Origin: Candidatus Heimdallarchaeota archaeon
GTDB taxonomy: Archaea > Asgardarchaeota > Heimdallarchaeia > JABLTI01
Reading direction: 5' to 3'
Length of the DNA: 42,579 bases
Assembly: GCA_019056785.1 (NCBI GenBank)
Contig: DXJV01000033.1
Span: 1 to 42,579 of the forward strand
Below are positions 20,111 through 30,520 of the stretch, piece after piece; position 1 is the stretch's first letter; every line of letters begins with the position of its first letter. Position numbers and translations under genes: made by a program. The notes under the pieces were generated by a model. That model saw nothing but the letters and a program-made list of their open reading frames with translations, had not been told where the DNA came from and ran no database searches.

Positions 20111-21610
20111 TTGCTCTCTGTGATTAAAATGCATGTTCTTGCCATTGTTTACCTGGTCTTTGCTTTGTTCCTTTTTCTTATCTTTGTTTTATTTGCAAAG
20201 ACATTCATGGGGCTTTGGTTAACAGAAGTTGGTTTATGGATTGTTTGGCTGCCCCTCAGTTTATTGGTTAGTGGAGTAATAGTGATCTTAAGGTTTGAAG
20301 TGCTTGCCTCTGACAAGTTGAATTTTGTGTTCATTTTAATTAGCATTCTTCTGAATTTGTATACCAGTATTCATGTGCTAGTTCCCTTCTTTGAAATTAA
20401 AAAAACAAACTTTTATTTAGAGCAAGCAATGAAATTTGGATTGGGAGACGACTATTTGGATTTTGTTGACCCCATGGTCAATGCGAAGTATTTCAAGACT
20501 GTGAAGTTTCGATTTCTCCATTATCTTATCGGAGCCCGCCCGCGGAAATTGCTCGAGAAAGTTGCCAGGGTGAAAGACATCACTTTTTTCAAGGACGAAA
20601 CTATTGATTTGAAATTGAATGTTTATTATCCAAAAAGAGATGGCGTTTTTCCAACTATTGTTTTTATTCATGGTGGGGCTTTTATTCTTGGCTCAAAGGA
20701 TAGGCCAAAGCATGAAAAGCTTTGTATGATGCTTGCAAATTATGGTTATACCGTTTTTAGTTTGGATTATCGTTTAACTCCTTTAGAATTTCTTTCAAAA
20801 AAGAAGTCGCTTAAAGATGAACTATTATTTGCGGCGATGCTTTCCGATGTTCATCATGGCGTTGTCTTTGCAAAAAAGCATGCCCATGAATACAAAGGCA
20901 ATGCTAATGAGTTGTTTTTGTTCGGCCGTTCCGCTGGTGGGCATCTTGCCTTATTAACAACTTTTAGTTGTATGGGAAAATTCTTCGAATTTAATGAGCA
21001 AATAGGAAAATTAGAGGAATACAAAATCTCTGGCGTAATTGCTTTCTATCCTCCTACCAATTTTTCAACTCTCTATAACTATTATGGTAAAAAAAATCTG
21101 ATGAAATTCTTGATGGAGCGAGGAATGGGCGGCTCACCAGATGAAGTACAATATCTCTATCGCTTCTTCTCTCCGGTAAATTATGTCACTTCAAAGAACA
21201 GTCAATTCATCCCACCGGTCTTTTTAGCTGTTGGAGCAAAAGATCGTTTGGTCGCTCCTGGGCAGTCTGAAGAATTGTATGCCCAACTTAGAAAGTTCAA
21301 CATTCCAAGTGTTTTATTAACACTTCCCTGGGCAAATCATGGCTTTGATGCGATACTTAACGGTCCTGGGGGGCAATTGGTAATCAAATATCTGACACAA
21401 TTTTTGGTGTGGGTTCTCACAAAAGAAAAATACCGGCGGCTTGATTCTCTTGCGCATAAGCATGGCCTTGATGACCTAACTCATCAAGAAAAGATTGATA
21501 TTCTTTGCAATTTAGATGCCCTTAAAGATAAAAGCAGTAATAAAGAAAAGTATAACCAGTTTCTTATTGATTGCTTCCGAGAGCGAATCAAAAAAGAACA
21601 ACAAGAGTAA
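20111..21610 (+). CDS. Membrane-anchored HSL-family esterase/lipase, paralog 2
   Basis: Three N-terminal TM helices, IHGGAF, DYRL, GRSAGGHLA, KDRLV, WANHGFD. Colinear with the upstream paralog. Confidence 0.88.
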   Translation: MLSVIKMHVLAIVYLVFALFLFLIFVLFAKTFMGLWLTEVGLWIVWLPLSLLVSGVIVILRFEVLASDKLNFVFILISILLNLYTSIHVLVPFFEIKKTNFYLEQAMKFGLGDDYLDFVDPMVNAKYFKTVKFRFLHYLIGARPRKLLEKVARVKDITFFKDETIDLKLNVYYPKRDGVFPTIVFIHGGAFILGSKDRPKHEKLCMMLANYGYTVFSLDYRLTPLEFLSKKKSLKDELLFAAMLSDVHHGVVFAKKHAHEYKGNANELFLFGRSAGGHLALLTTFSCMGKFFEFNEQIGKLEEYKISGVIAFYPPTNFSTLYNYYGKKNLMKFLMERGMGGSPDEVQYLYRFFSPVNYVTSKNSQFIPPVFLAVGAKDRLVAPGQSEELYAQLRKFNIPSVLLTLPWANHGFDAILNGPGGQLVIKYLTQFLVWVLTKEKYRRLDSLAHKHGLDDLTHQEKIDILCNLDALKDKSSNKEKYNQFLIDCFRERIKKEQQE

Positions 21611-21726
21611 TACCCTCTTTTTCCATTTCTAGATAGAAAAAAGCAAGCAAACTTTGCCTAAACAGGCCCCTAAATTTTAAAGTAAATTATAAAAAGCTTT
21701 CAATATACAGTTACAGTGATAGAAAT

Positions 21727-22608
21727 ATGCGCGACGTGGCTATTGTAACAGATGGAAGTTGCGACCTTCCTGAGGACATTCTTAAAAAATATCATATTTT
21801 TGTTGTTCCTTTTAATGTTATTCTTGGTTCCACCGTCTACAAAGCTTTTGGCAATTTTGGCACAATTTCAAAAGATGAATTTTACACTAAGATACTAACT
21901 GAGAAGATCATCCCCTCAACAAGCCTCCCCGCACCAAAAGCATTTATTGACACTTTCCAAGCCGCGTTAAAAGAAGCAAAAGAGGTTGTGGCCATTCTTC
22001 TTTCTAGCGAACTATCAGCAACCTATAATTCAGCCAAAATGGCTTTAAATTATTTTGAAAAAGACGAAATTCATTTGATAGATTCTCGAGTTGCGGCATC
22101 GACTTTAGGGTTGCTTGCTATGGAAGCAGCAAAATTAGCCTTAGCAAATGCTTCAGTTCCTGAAATTATTTCCCATGTCAATAGCTTAATTCCTCAAGCA
22201 CGGCTGATCAGCATCTTGGATAATGTTGAAGCAACATATCGCAGCGGTCGCATCTCTTGGGGCAGGAAATTTCTAACGCACGCTTTCAAACTTCACCCTA
22301 TCCTCAATTTTAAGGACGGTCGCCTTGTTTCCGCTGGAGTTATCCATGGGTCTCGTAAAAAGATCTTTAAAAAAATGCTCTCTATTGCTCCTCTTGTTTT
22401 GGAAAATGCAATAACTGACACAATCTTCATTTTACATGTTCACTCTCAAGAGAAAGCGTTAAAACTAAAAGAACAAATGGAAAAAACAAATACAAAAGGT
22501 AAAATCATCCATGTCCAAGAAGCCGGACCTGTTATCGGCGTACATGTCGGGTTATATGCTCTAGCCTATATGTATATAGGGAATTACAACTCAAAATGGC
22601 TTCTCTAA
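21727..22608 (+). CDS. degV: DegV family fatty-acid-binding protein
   Basis: IVTDGSCDLP, PSTSLP, LSSELSATYNSA, IDSR, GPVIGVHVG. Confidence 0.92.
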   Translation: MRDVAIVTDGSCDLPEDILKKYHIFVVPFNVILGSTVYKAFGNFGTISKDEFYTKILTEKIIPSTSLPAPKAFIDTFQAALKEAKEVVAILLSSELSATYNSAKMALNYFEKDEIHLIDSRVAASTLGLLAMEAAKLALANASVPEIISHVNSLIPQARLISILDNVEATYRSGRISWGRKFLTHAFKLHPILNFKDGRLVSAGVIHGSRKKIFKKMLSIAPLVLENAITDTIFILHVHSQEKALKLKEQMEKTNTKGKIIHVQEAGPVIGVHVGLYALAYMYIGNYNSKWLL

Positions 22609-22648
22609 GGAATTTACATTAAAATCCCTGCTTAGGTGTAAAAAAGCA

Positions 22649-23338
22649 ATGACTAATATAACACTCTTACATCTTTCAGATATTCACGCACAAAACAATT
22701 TGAATCTGGAACCAATTAGTGCTCTTATTGAACGTGAGAGCATAGAGCTTATCGTTATTTCTGGAGATATTACTCAATTTGGCACAAAAGATGACATACA
22801 AAGAATTCTTGCATTATTTAACCAACTCTCTGCGGTTGTTTTTTATGTCACTGGCAATCTTGACCCCCCAAATTCTTTCACGTTTACTTCCAAAAATGTA
22901 AAACCACTCGAGGGGCAGCTAAAGGAATTCAAAGGAGTTCAATTTGTTGGCTTAAGTGGTTCAAACAAAACGCCTTTTCGGACCCCTTATGAATTAACAG
23001 AAGAGGAAATACAAATGAAATTACAACATTTGAAAACATTACTTGATACTTCAAAACCTTTTATTCTTGTCTCTCATGTCCCTCCATTTAACTCAGGGGC
23101 CGATACCGTTCGTCTAGGAAAGCCAGTAGGAAGTTCTTCCGTACGTGATTTTGTTTTAAAAGAAGCACCGCTCGCTGTTTGCACAGGGCATATTCATGAA
23201 TCTAAAGTCATTACTACACTCGGGAAAAGTCTAGTAATAAATCCCGGCCCGGCTCGTCATCAACAAGCTGCTCTTCTTAAGATCCATGACTCAGCAACAA
23301 ATGATTTTTCTGTTAATGCAAAACTCCTCAAGTTTTAG
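22649..23338 (+). CDS. Calcineurin-like metallophosphoesterase
   Basis: SDIH, SGDIT, GNLD, SHVPP, GHIHE, NPG. Confidence 0.9.
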   Translation: MTNITLLHLSDIHAQNNLNLEPISALIERESIELIVISGDITQFGTKDDIQRILALFNQLSAVVFYVTGNLDPPNSFTFTSKNVKPLEGQLKEFKGVQFVGLSGSNKTPFRTPYELTEEEIQMKLQHLKTLLDTSKPFILVSHVPPFNSGADTVRLGKPVGSSSVRDFVLKEAPLAVCTGHIHESKVITTLGKSLVINPGPARHQQAALLKIHDSATNDFSVNAKLLKF

Positions 23339-23373
23339 AGGGAAAAAAAGAAAAAGAGGAAATACTGGTGAAT

Positions 23374-23958
23374 TCAGAAGGATAGTGGTGGTAAAGGATA
23401 ATAGTATTTTGCCAACGAGAGGAGCATGGCCATTGCAAATGTTAGTACGGCATTTACCAGAAGCCATCGTTCTGTGTGTTTTACATCCAATGTTTTTCTT
23501 TTCTTGCCCTTCCGATCCTCAAAGAGAAATGGCATATGCATAAGAAATGTGCCTTTCTTTTCTTTAATGCGTAGTTCTCCTTTGTATAAGTCTCGGGTAT
23601 CAATGTTTGGGAAATAGTCTAGGAAGAGGTGTGAGGCATATGCAATGAGAAATGGGATGAAAACAGTCACGAGAACATGATTGGTTGTCAGTCGAAACCA
23701 AATTCCTATCCCAAAAAATATTCCCGGGTAAAAGGCGGAATGGGTAATAATATCTCGATGCGACATAAAATTGTAGAGTTGGTCAAAATCCGGTCCTTCT
23801 GAGCCAAGAATGGTTAGCATTAATGCAAGGATCCAGAACGGCCAGGTATTTTTTAGATAGGGGAAATTGAGGTTGTTATTTATAACGATAATATCAATGG
23901 GGATGTAGATCATTCCTAAAATAAAGCCAAACGACACATGTGCTGTTCGATTCGCCAA
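23374..23958 (-). CDS. Membrane-bound metal-dependent hydrolase (YdjM-like)
   Basis: AGGTGA SD then TTG (M)ANRTAH, PDFD, HRDIITHS, SHLFLD, multiple TM segments. Confidence 0.8.
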   Translation of the reverse strand: MANRTAHVSFGFILGMIYIPIDIIVINNNLNFPYLKNTWPFWILALMLTILGSEGPDFDQLYNFMSHRDIITHSAFYPGIFFGIGIWFRLTTNHVLVTVFIPFLIAYASHLFLDYFPNIDTRDLYKGELRIKEKKGTFLMHMPFLFEDRKGKKRKTLDVKHTERWLLVNAVLTFAMAMLLSLAKYYYPLPPLSF

Positions 23959-24403
23959 TTTATCACCTGCTTGTAAATTTTTACGCGGAATGCTAAAAAG
24001 GCTAACCAATTTAGGATAAAAAATATTTCCTTTAGCAACGAAGGCTTTTTCATCCCCCTTTTTCTCTTTTGGCGGTTTTTTCTGTTTTTTTGCGGATTTT
24101 TTTGTTACACTTATTGACCTTTGCCCCTAGATATATTGCGTTGTTTTTCTAATACGCTTAAATAAGTTGCTACTCAAATAGTAACATAAGATGTAGGTTT
24201 GAGTTTGTTTAGTCATATATATCACCGTGGCATTATTCTGGTTCACAGAACAGCCAAAAACTTGTTTGAATTGTGAGAGGGGTTTTACCTCCGCTCCTCT
24301 CACTTCTTTTACCTTTTTTTGTGAGCACTCTTTTTCTTCACTAAACAGATTATTTAAAAAATCCTTCCAGAGTAATAAAGCATCTAGTTGCAACAAATTG
24401 AAG

Positions 24404-25381
24404 ATGGTCTCTTTGGAAGGACAAAATAACACGAATGGCTTTGAGCACATTAAGTTCAAATATGCTGGTAAAAAATGGGACGCCCATGTCCATCTTTATC
24501 GCCTTGAAGACACTGCGGAATTAATAAGTTATGCTGCAGAATACAAGGTTGAAAAATTTACAGCAATCGTTCGTGATGATTGGCATATATATGAGGAGGC
24601 TTTTCCAGGGCAATTTGTTTTTGCCCGTTTTATTATTAATCAAAATGTCTTTAACGGTCATCTTCAAAAAGTGCTTGATGACCTTCAAGCAATAGCTGAT
24701 GCAGGTTATCCCTTTGTAAAACTTTGGTACTCTCCCCGTTGGCGGCGTTTCGTAGAAGAGCACTTCCAAGCAAATGTTGAAGGCTTCCGGCTCGATGCTC
24801 CCGCTCTTGACCCTCTCTTCCAAAAGATCGAGGAGCTCAATCTGGGTTTACTTCTTCATATTGCTGACCCTGATCTTTTTTATAGGTTAAAGTACCAGCC
24901 TGAAAGTTATTATGGCAGTAAAACTCAACATCTCAAAGAGCTTGAAAATATTCTTAACAAGCACCCTGAAATGAAGATACAGGTTGCTCACATGGCAGGG
25001 CAACCAGAACATTTAGATCATTTGGCACAATGGCTGGACAAATATCCACAGCTCTATGTTGATACCTCTTCAGCAAAATGGATGGCCAGGGAGTTCTCAT
25101 ACAATCCTGAAGTTGCTCGGCAATTTTTCTTGGATTATCAGGATAGGATTCTTTTTGGAACTGACATCGTTACCGGGCGAACCGACAGGGAGCCCATTCC
25201 TGGTTATTACTACTTGCGCTATTTATCGCTCCAAGCTTTACTCGAGACTGATATTCAGGAATTCCCTCTCCCACTTGATGATCCGGAAAACAACAATGAA
25301 ACAATAATTAATGGGTTAGACTTGCCACTTAAAGTTTTGCGGAAAATCTATTGGGAGAATAGCAAACAATTCTATTCTTAA
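24404..25381 (+). CDS. Amidohydrolase family protein
   Basis: DAHVH, LHIADP, VAHMAG, YVDTS, RILFGTD. ATG at 24404 preferred over the longer start. Confidence 0.88.
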   Translation: MVSLEGQNNTNGFEHIKFKYAGKKWDAHVHLYRLEDTAELISYAAEYKVEKFTAIVRDDWHIYEEAFPGQFVFARFIINQNVFNGHLQKVLDDLQAIADAGYPFVKLWYSPRWRRFVEEHFQANVEGFRLDAPALDPLFQKIEELNLGLLLHIADPDLFYRLKYQPESYYGSKTQHLKELENILNKHPEMKIQVAHMAGQPEHLDHLAQWLDKYPQLYVDTSSAKWMAREFSYNPEVARQFFLDYQDRILFGTDIVTGRTDREPIPGYYYLRYLSLQALLETDIQEFPLPLDDPENNNETIINGLDLPLKVLRKIYWENSKQFYS

Positions 25382-25385
25382 ATTG

Positions 25386-26564
25386 CTATCGCTTCAACTT
25401 TCTTCTAAGTGCAATTATTTCTAATGCTATAACAAATAAACTTACTACTCCAATCCAGGTAAAGCCTACTTGATCATAGACTGTTGAAAAGTCGGGCGTC
25501 ACAGAAAAGGGAACAGAGTACCATGCTCGTAAAACGGCTTCAGCAGGCTTGAATTGGCAAGTGTACCCTTTATCCTTTAACCAATTGGTTGAATTGTAAG
25601 GTGTCCAATCCCACCAAAAAATGCCGTGCAACCAGTTTTCCCCCCATAACGACCGGAGGAGTGCTTCATAACACATTGCTTGCTCATCTAAATCTACTCG
25701 CGCGTCTCTTTGCCAATTCCATGGTTCTCTGTTGCAACCGTTAATGCTCCGATAACCCACTTCGGTGAAAATGATTGCCCGGTGTTGTGCGCTCGCATAT
25801 TCTTTTAATGTTTGTTTTATTGTTGACCACCTGGCAATTAAATCCTCGAGTAGTGGACTATTATCCTCTGTTAAAGAGAAATAAGCATCTATGCCTATAT
25901 AATCAACTGCATCCCACCAAGTTATTTTATCATAGGAATCATAATTGGCCGCATAGGTCAGGTTGCCAGTATATACTTCCCTTACATCATAAATAATCTC
26001 ACGCCATTTTGCATCAAAGCTTTCTGAGAGGGAAAATTCGCAGCCAATACACAATAATTCAATGTTGAATTTTTGCGCGAACTTTGCCCAGCTGACAATA
26101 AATCGGTCATAGGCATTGAACCATGCTTCCGATGGCTCTATATATGCTCGCCAATCACCGGTCACGGGGTCTATCATAGGTTTTAGCATCATTTTTAACC
26201 CGAGCTCTCGTGCTCGAGCAATTGCAAGGCGTAAGGTTTCATTCCTACAAGAATATTCATCGAAATCAGGGTGAATATTCGTCGCGGTCAGATTGTCCAC
26301 AAACCACCAAAAACAGAGGGCTACCCATTCACCACCATCGTCTTTGAATTGTTGTAATGATTGATTTGAAAAAGCGCTATGAAAGGCATATTCACTAAAG
26401 GCAGTAAAGGAGGTTCCACGTAAAAAGTCATCGCCGGTAGAATTACTGGCGCGTCTTGTGCTTCCTGTGAGCTGGAAAAAGCCTAGATTGGGAGTTGCAA
26501 TTAAAAAAACCGCTATCAACCAATAACCACAAAGCATCTTAGCTGGTAAATGAGCGCTTTTCAT
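25386..26564 (-). CDS. Secreted, anchored glycoside hydrolase family 113-like TIM barrel
   Basis: MLKPMID, IGCE (acid/base), YAANYD, GIDAYF, FTEVGY (nucleophile), signal peptide and C-terminal TM. Confidence 0.82.
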   Translation of the reverse strand: MKSAHLPAKMLCGYWLIAVFLIATPNLGFFQLTGSTRRASNSTGDDFLRGTSFTAFSEYAFHSAFSNQSLQQFKDDGGEWVALCFWWFVDNLTATNIHPDFDEYSCRNETLRLAIARARELGLKMMLKPMIDPVTGDWRAYIEPSEAWFNAYDRFIVSWAKFAQKFNIELLCIGCEFSLSESFDAKWREIIYDVREVYTGNLTYAANYDSYDKITWWDAVDYIGIDAYFSLTEDNSPLLEDLIARWSTIKQTLKEYASAQHRAIIFTEVGYRSINGCNREPWNWQRDARVDLDEQAMCYEALLRSLWGENWLHGIFWWDWTPYNSTNWLKDKGYTCQFKPAEAVLRAWYSVPFSVTPDFSTVYDQVGFTWIGVVSLFVIALEIIALRRKLKR

Positions 26565-26688
26565 TTTCTACACACATTATACTCGCTTTTTACCTTCATA
26601 AAATCTTCTTTTTACATACCTCTCCATAGGATTCATTTCATGATTTCTTAATTCTTTGAAAGGGCGTTATAAACAAGTAAAGTAAGAT

Positions 26689-27000
26689 CTATCTTCGAGG
26701 TTTAAAACGTAAAGAGTATTTTTCCCCATAACCTTTTCCTTCTCCCCGAGGTAATCTGACTGTCCCCGTCTTCAGAATGGGTTCACCACATTTCGTACAA
26801 GAATAAATATTCTGATAATGTTTGTGTTCTTGCAGTTTTAGTAAAACAAGCTGATTACAATTCGGGCAAAATCGTAAGGTCTTAATCTCCTTGCAAGCCT
26901 TTTTGCGCCAATCAATCATTTGATCCTTATTAAAAAACTCTTCTTTAAACATAGTCGGTCTCCAATTGTTGTGGTTTATTTGCTCATTGTTCTTGAACAC
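26689..27000 (-). CDS. Small Zn-ribbon protein
   Basis: FCPNC...SCTKCGEP. Start uncertain. Confidence 0.6.
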   Translation of the reverse strand: MFKNNEQINHNNWRPTMFKEEFFNKDQMIDWRKKACKEIKTLRFCPNCNQLVLLKLQEHKHYQNIYSCTKCGEPILKTGTVRLPRGEGKGYGEKYSLRFKPRR

Positions 27001-27172
27001 AATCTCACAACATAACTAGGCGGCTTCTTGTTTAAAGCAGTAAAAAGTGATATTTCTATACTGAAAAGTCTTTTTCAGATATGTTTTTCCTTAGAAATGC
27101 TTTTTCTTGTATGTCAACTCACAATTATTCAGCAGTTAGTAAAAGCGACAAAAAAGAAGAGGATGAAAAGTG

Positions 27173-27418
27173 CTACTTCTTACCTTCAATTCCATAGATG
27201 CAGAAATAGCCGCCTTGTAGATTGTCGCGTTTATAGATTGGACAGATAAAACAAGTACAACCTTTATCAACGATCTTTTCAGCAATGTCGGATTTGCCAC
27301 GAGCACAAAAGAGTGCATGTGGTAGCTGTTCTTTCAGTTTGTTTTACTTAAAGGTTGGGCATTGACCACAAAAATCTCTGCAGATCTTTAAATTTGCTTC
27401 GTTATTTTCGACTGGCAT
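27173..27418 (-). pseudogene. DUF2769-like Cys-rich protein with one in-frame TAA (missed by the ORF track)
   Basis: MPVENNEANLKICRDFCGQCPTFK*NKLKEQLPHALFCARGKSDIAEKIVDKGCTCFICPIYKRDNLQGGYFCIYGIEGKK*. Internal TAA at 27346-27344. Confidence 0.8.
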
Positions 27419-27579
27419 GAATTATTCCGCCTAATTAATAAGCTATTTGGTTCAATAAAACAATGCCCCTCTAACAAATAAAGCCGTTTCACTAAAAAAG
27501 ACGTAAAAAAGGCTTTTTACCTTTAGATACTAAAGTTTTGTAAAAAAAATAAGGGGAACGAATTCGGAAGTTACTTTCT

Positions 27580-28599
27580 TTATTTCTCCACAATCTTCAT
27601 TCCAATGGGGAAATGGTCACTGTAACCGTGGAAGTCAACAGAGGTGGTCGGCCGGCCAAATCGTCTTGGTACCCCATATTTTCCCACACGCATTTTTTCA
27701 AATCGAATGATTTCTATTGAATTAGGGACAGCTTCAAAAGCGCCATCCTCAACAAGAAATCCTTTTGAGATTAAGAATTGGTCAAGCATTGTTGGAAAAT
27801 TTTGATAATAATGTGTCCCAAGACCTTTACCCATTTCTTGCCACATGAGATTGAAAAAGCGAGGAGCTCGTTTCGTTGCGCTAATCACTTTATCTTTTGT
27901 TGAAGTACTTAAGGCGTAATCTGTTAATGACCGGTTGAATGGTTCGTCATTAAAATCGCCTAAAGCAATTATTGCGACCTGGTCACCCAATATCTGCTGG
28001 ATGCGATAATTCCAATAAGAAAGTGTTTCCCCGGCAACGATCCGATAAGGTTCTGATTCTAGAATCCCGCCACTTCTTGCTGGCCAATGGTTGCCAACAA
28101 GAATGAGGTCATTTCCCTCTTTTTTTGTTTTGAAATTGACTTGAAAGATATCCCGGGTGGCAACACGTTTCATAATGACATGCGAGAAGGTCAATCCTTT
28201 TTCAAGACGATTAGCATCGTAAATAAATGCAACATCGACGCCTCTGTTGTCTGAACAATCGTGATGGACAATTTGATAGTTTCGGTCTTTGATTTTTATC
28301 TTCTCGATCAGTTTCTGCAGTACATGGGCGTTCTCAACTTCACACACTCCAAGAATATCCGGTCCCCGTTTGTCATTCATTAATTCAATGATGTCTGCCA
28401 GCTGTCGTAATTTCTTATTCAGGACAATGTTGTTCCAACCTTTAATCTCATTCCCTATTGTTCGTTTTAACTTGTCAGAACGGTCGGGATAGTTTTCTGT
28501 ATCAAACAGATTCTCAACATTCCACCAGCTAATATAATAGCTGTTCTCGTTATCCTCTCCTTTTCGATGTCTTCTCTTTTTGGGTTTTTTATTTGGCAT
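27580..28599 (-). CDS. Endonuclease/exonuclease/phosphatase (EEP) family nuclease
   Basis: WNVENLFD, GVCEVEN, NHWPAR, GDFND, LDQF, SDHFP. ATG at 28599 avoids overlap with lat. Confidence 0.9.
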   Translation of the reverse strand: MPNKKPKKRRHRKGEDNENSYYISWWNVENLFDTENYPDRSDKLKRTIGNEIKGWNNIVLNKKLRQLADIIELMNDKRGPDILGVCEVENAHVLQKLIEKIKIKDRNYQIVHHDCSDNRGVDVAFIYDANRLEKGLTFSHVIMKRVATRDIFQVNFKTKKEGNDLILVGNHWPARSGGILESEPYRIVAGETLSYWNYRIQQILGDQVAIIALGDFNDEPFNRSLTDYALSTSTKDKVISATKRAPRFFNLMWQEMGKGLGTHYYQNFPTMLDQFLISKGFLVEDGAFEAVPNSIEIIRFEKMRVGKYGVPRRFGRPTTSVDFHGYSDHFPIGMKIVEK

Positions 28600-28652
28600 A
28601 AAAAAAGAATAACTCGACTGTACATTTAAACTTTGTGAAGGAAAAAAAGGGG

Positions 28653-29957
28653 TTAGGAGATCTCCCGACAACTCCTAACAAAAATTTCCATTGCTCGATC
28701 AACATGTTCCTTGTCAAGGCAAAGTGGCGGTCGAAAACGAATGGATTTTTCACCGGCAGGCAAAATTAGTAATTTATTTTTGTACAATTGCTTCCGGAGT
28801 TTATCACGATGTTCTGTTGTGGGGAGGTCGAAGGCGCACATTAGTCCCCGTCCCCGGGCGTTGGACATCATCCCTGTCTCTTCACAAGCATCTTTAAGGC
28901 TCGCCAGAAGATACTCTCCAATTTTTCTAGCATTTTCAACAAGCTTCTCTTTGTGGATGATTCTAAGATACCATTTTGAACGAACCATGTCGACTAAATT
29001 ACCACCCCAAGTGGAGTTGATGCGGCTTGATTCACGAAAGACATTGTTTTCAACTTCGTCAACACGTTCTGTCACCATTATTCCACAAACTTGGGTCTTT
29101 TTCCCAAAGGCAACAATGTCTGGCTTAACAAAGTGTTCATATGCCCACATCTTTCCTGTAAGACCAATGCCAGTTTGCACTTCGTCATATATCAGCATTA
29201 TCTCATTTCTATCGCAAAGTTTTCGGAGCGCTTTGAAAAACTCAGGGCGAAAATGATTGTCCCCACCTTCTCCTTGAATGGGCTCAAGGATGAGTGCCGC
29301 CATATCCTTTGGGTTTTTGGCAATAGCTTCTTCGATCTCTTCGATTGCTTGTTTCTCCAATGCTTCAACTTTCTCAACATTTTGCTCTAGGGGGAATGTG
29401 ATTATTGGGGGTGTGATTCTTGGCCAGTTAAATTTCGGAAAATAGGCAGTCTTTCGTGGGTCTGTGGTATTAGTCAATGAAAGTGTATATCCCGAACGAC
29501 CGTGAAAAGCTTTCTTAAAATGAATCACTTGACTTCCGAGAATAGCTGTCTCTCCTGCTTTGAAATTTTTCCTAACCTTCCAATCAAAAGCCGTTTTCAA
29601 AGCATTTTCTACTGCTAGGGACCCTCCAGAAATCAAGAACAAGTGTTGAAAATCCCCTTTCATGCAAAACCGACTAAAAGTTTCCACAAATTCTGCCATC
29701 TCATCAGTATAACTGTCAGAATTTGATGGTTTATTAACAGCTGCTGCAGTTAGTTCCTTCAGCACTTCGGGTGTCCGCATTTTCGGGTAATTATTACCAA
29801 GCGGCGCTGAAGCAAAATAACTGAACATGTCAAGAAACTTTTCTCCGGTTATCTTGTCATGGAGGTAGTTTGGGGTACTTTTTTCAAGATCCACCACCAT
29901 CTCTAATCCGTCTATTAGCATGTATTTTCGTAATATTTCGAGTGCTTTTGTGGCCAT
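28653..29957 (-). CDS. lat: L-lysine 6-transaminase (class III aminotransferase)
   Basis: NKPSNSD, AVENALKTAFDWK, AFHGRSGYTLSLTNT, EPIQGEGGD, DEVQTG, FGKKTQVCG, SRINSTWGGNLVDM. Confidence 0.93.
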   Translation of the reverse strand: MATKALEILRKYMLIDGLEMVVDLEKSTPNYLHDKITGEKFLDMFSYFASAPLGNNYPKMRTPEVLKELTAAAVNKPSNSDSYTDEMAEFVETFSRFCMKGDFQHLFLISGGSLAVENALKTAFDWKVRKNFKAGETAILGSQVIHFKKAFHGRSGYTLSLTNTTDPRKTAYFPKFNWPRITPPIITFPLEQNVEKVEALEKQAIEEIEEAIAKNPKDMAALILEPIQGEGGDNHFRPEFFKALRKLCDRNEIMLIYDEVQTGIGLTGKMWAYEHFVKPDIVAFGKKTQVCGIMVTERVDEVENNVFRESSRINSTWGGNLVDMVRSKWYLRIIHKEKLVENARKIGEYLLASLKDACEETGMMSNARGRGLMCAFDLPTTEHRDKLRKQLYKNKLLILPAGEKSIRFRPPLCLDKEHVDRAMEIFVRSCREIS

Positions 29958-29965
29958 GACTAATC

Positions 29966-30484
29966 GTGAATGAGCATTTTCACTTCTATATAATCTCTAC
30001 TATTACTTCTCAATCTGGCAAAATGTTAATGCGAGGAATCCCTTTGAATGTTCATCGATTATGCCTATTTTCAACGATGGTTTTAATAGACAAGGGAGAA
30101 TTGTATTTTGGTGGCAAAGAGTTGAAGCAATTGGAAAAAATACCTGAATTACGTAAAGAACTTTTTGAGAAGTGGGCAGAGCAAATAATTCAAAGCTACA
30201 AAATTAAAGATGATGAAACACTCGAGAATATTACTGAATCTGTGGCTGAATTTTTTGACTTACTCTTTAAATATTATACTATCAAATTTACAGATCTCCA
30301 TCCCAATGGCATTTTCCCCTTCGAAATAACCCCTGATAGCAAACCGAAATTTTATGCCGACGAGGATTATTTTAACGAGCTGTTCAAAGTTGAAAACCAT
30401 CTTCGTTGGACTTACACAATCCTTTTACAAAAGCTTTATCGGGAAAAAGAATGCCCTTTTGATACTGCAGAATGCCCATATTAA
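29966..30484 (+). CDS. Hypothetical protein (true start probably 30077, MVLIDKG)
   Basis: Long ORF with coding-like composition, C-terminal CPF-x4-CPY. Confidence 0.65.
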   Translation: MNEHFHFYIISTITSQSGKMLMRGIPLNVHRLCLFSTMVLIDKGELYFGGKELKQLEKIPELRKELFEKWAEQIIQSYKIKDDETLENITESVAEFFDLLFKYYTIKFTDLHPNGIFPFEITPDSKPKFYADEDYFNELFKVENHLRWTYTILLQKLYREKECPFDTAECPY

Positions 30485-30520
30485 AAAAAGAAAAAAATTA
30501 GTTGGGCTATTTGCCTAAAT

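Noticed and set aside
23959-24403. Long N-terminal extensions of the two divergent genes and ORF 24127-24459
   Set aside because: Better starts exist (AGGTGA-TTG at 23958, ATG at 24404). The extensions are low-complexity and likely promoter/leader DNA.
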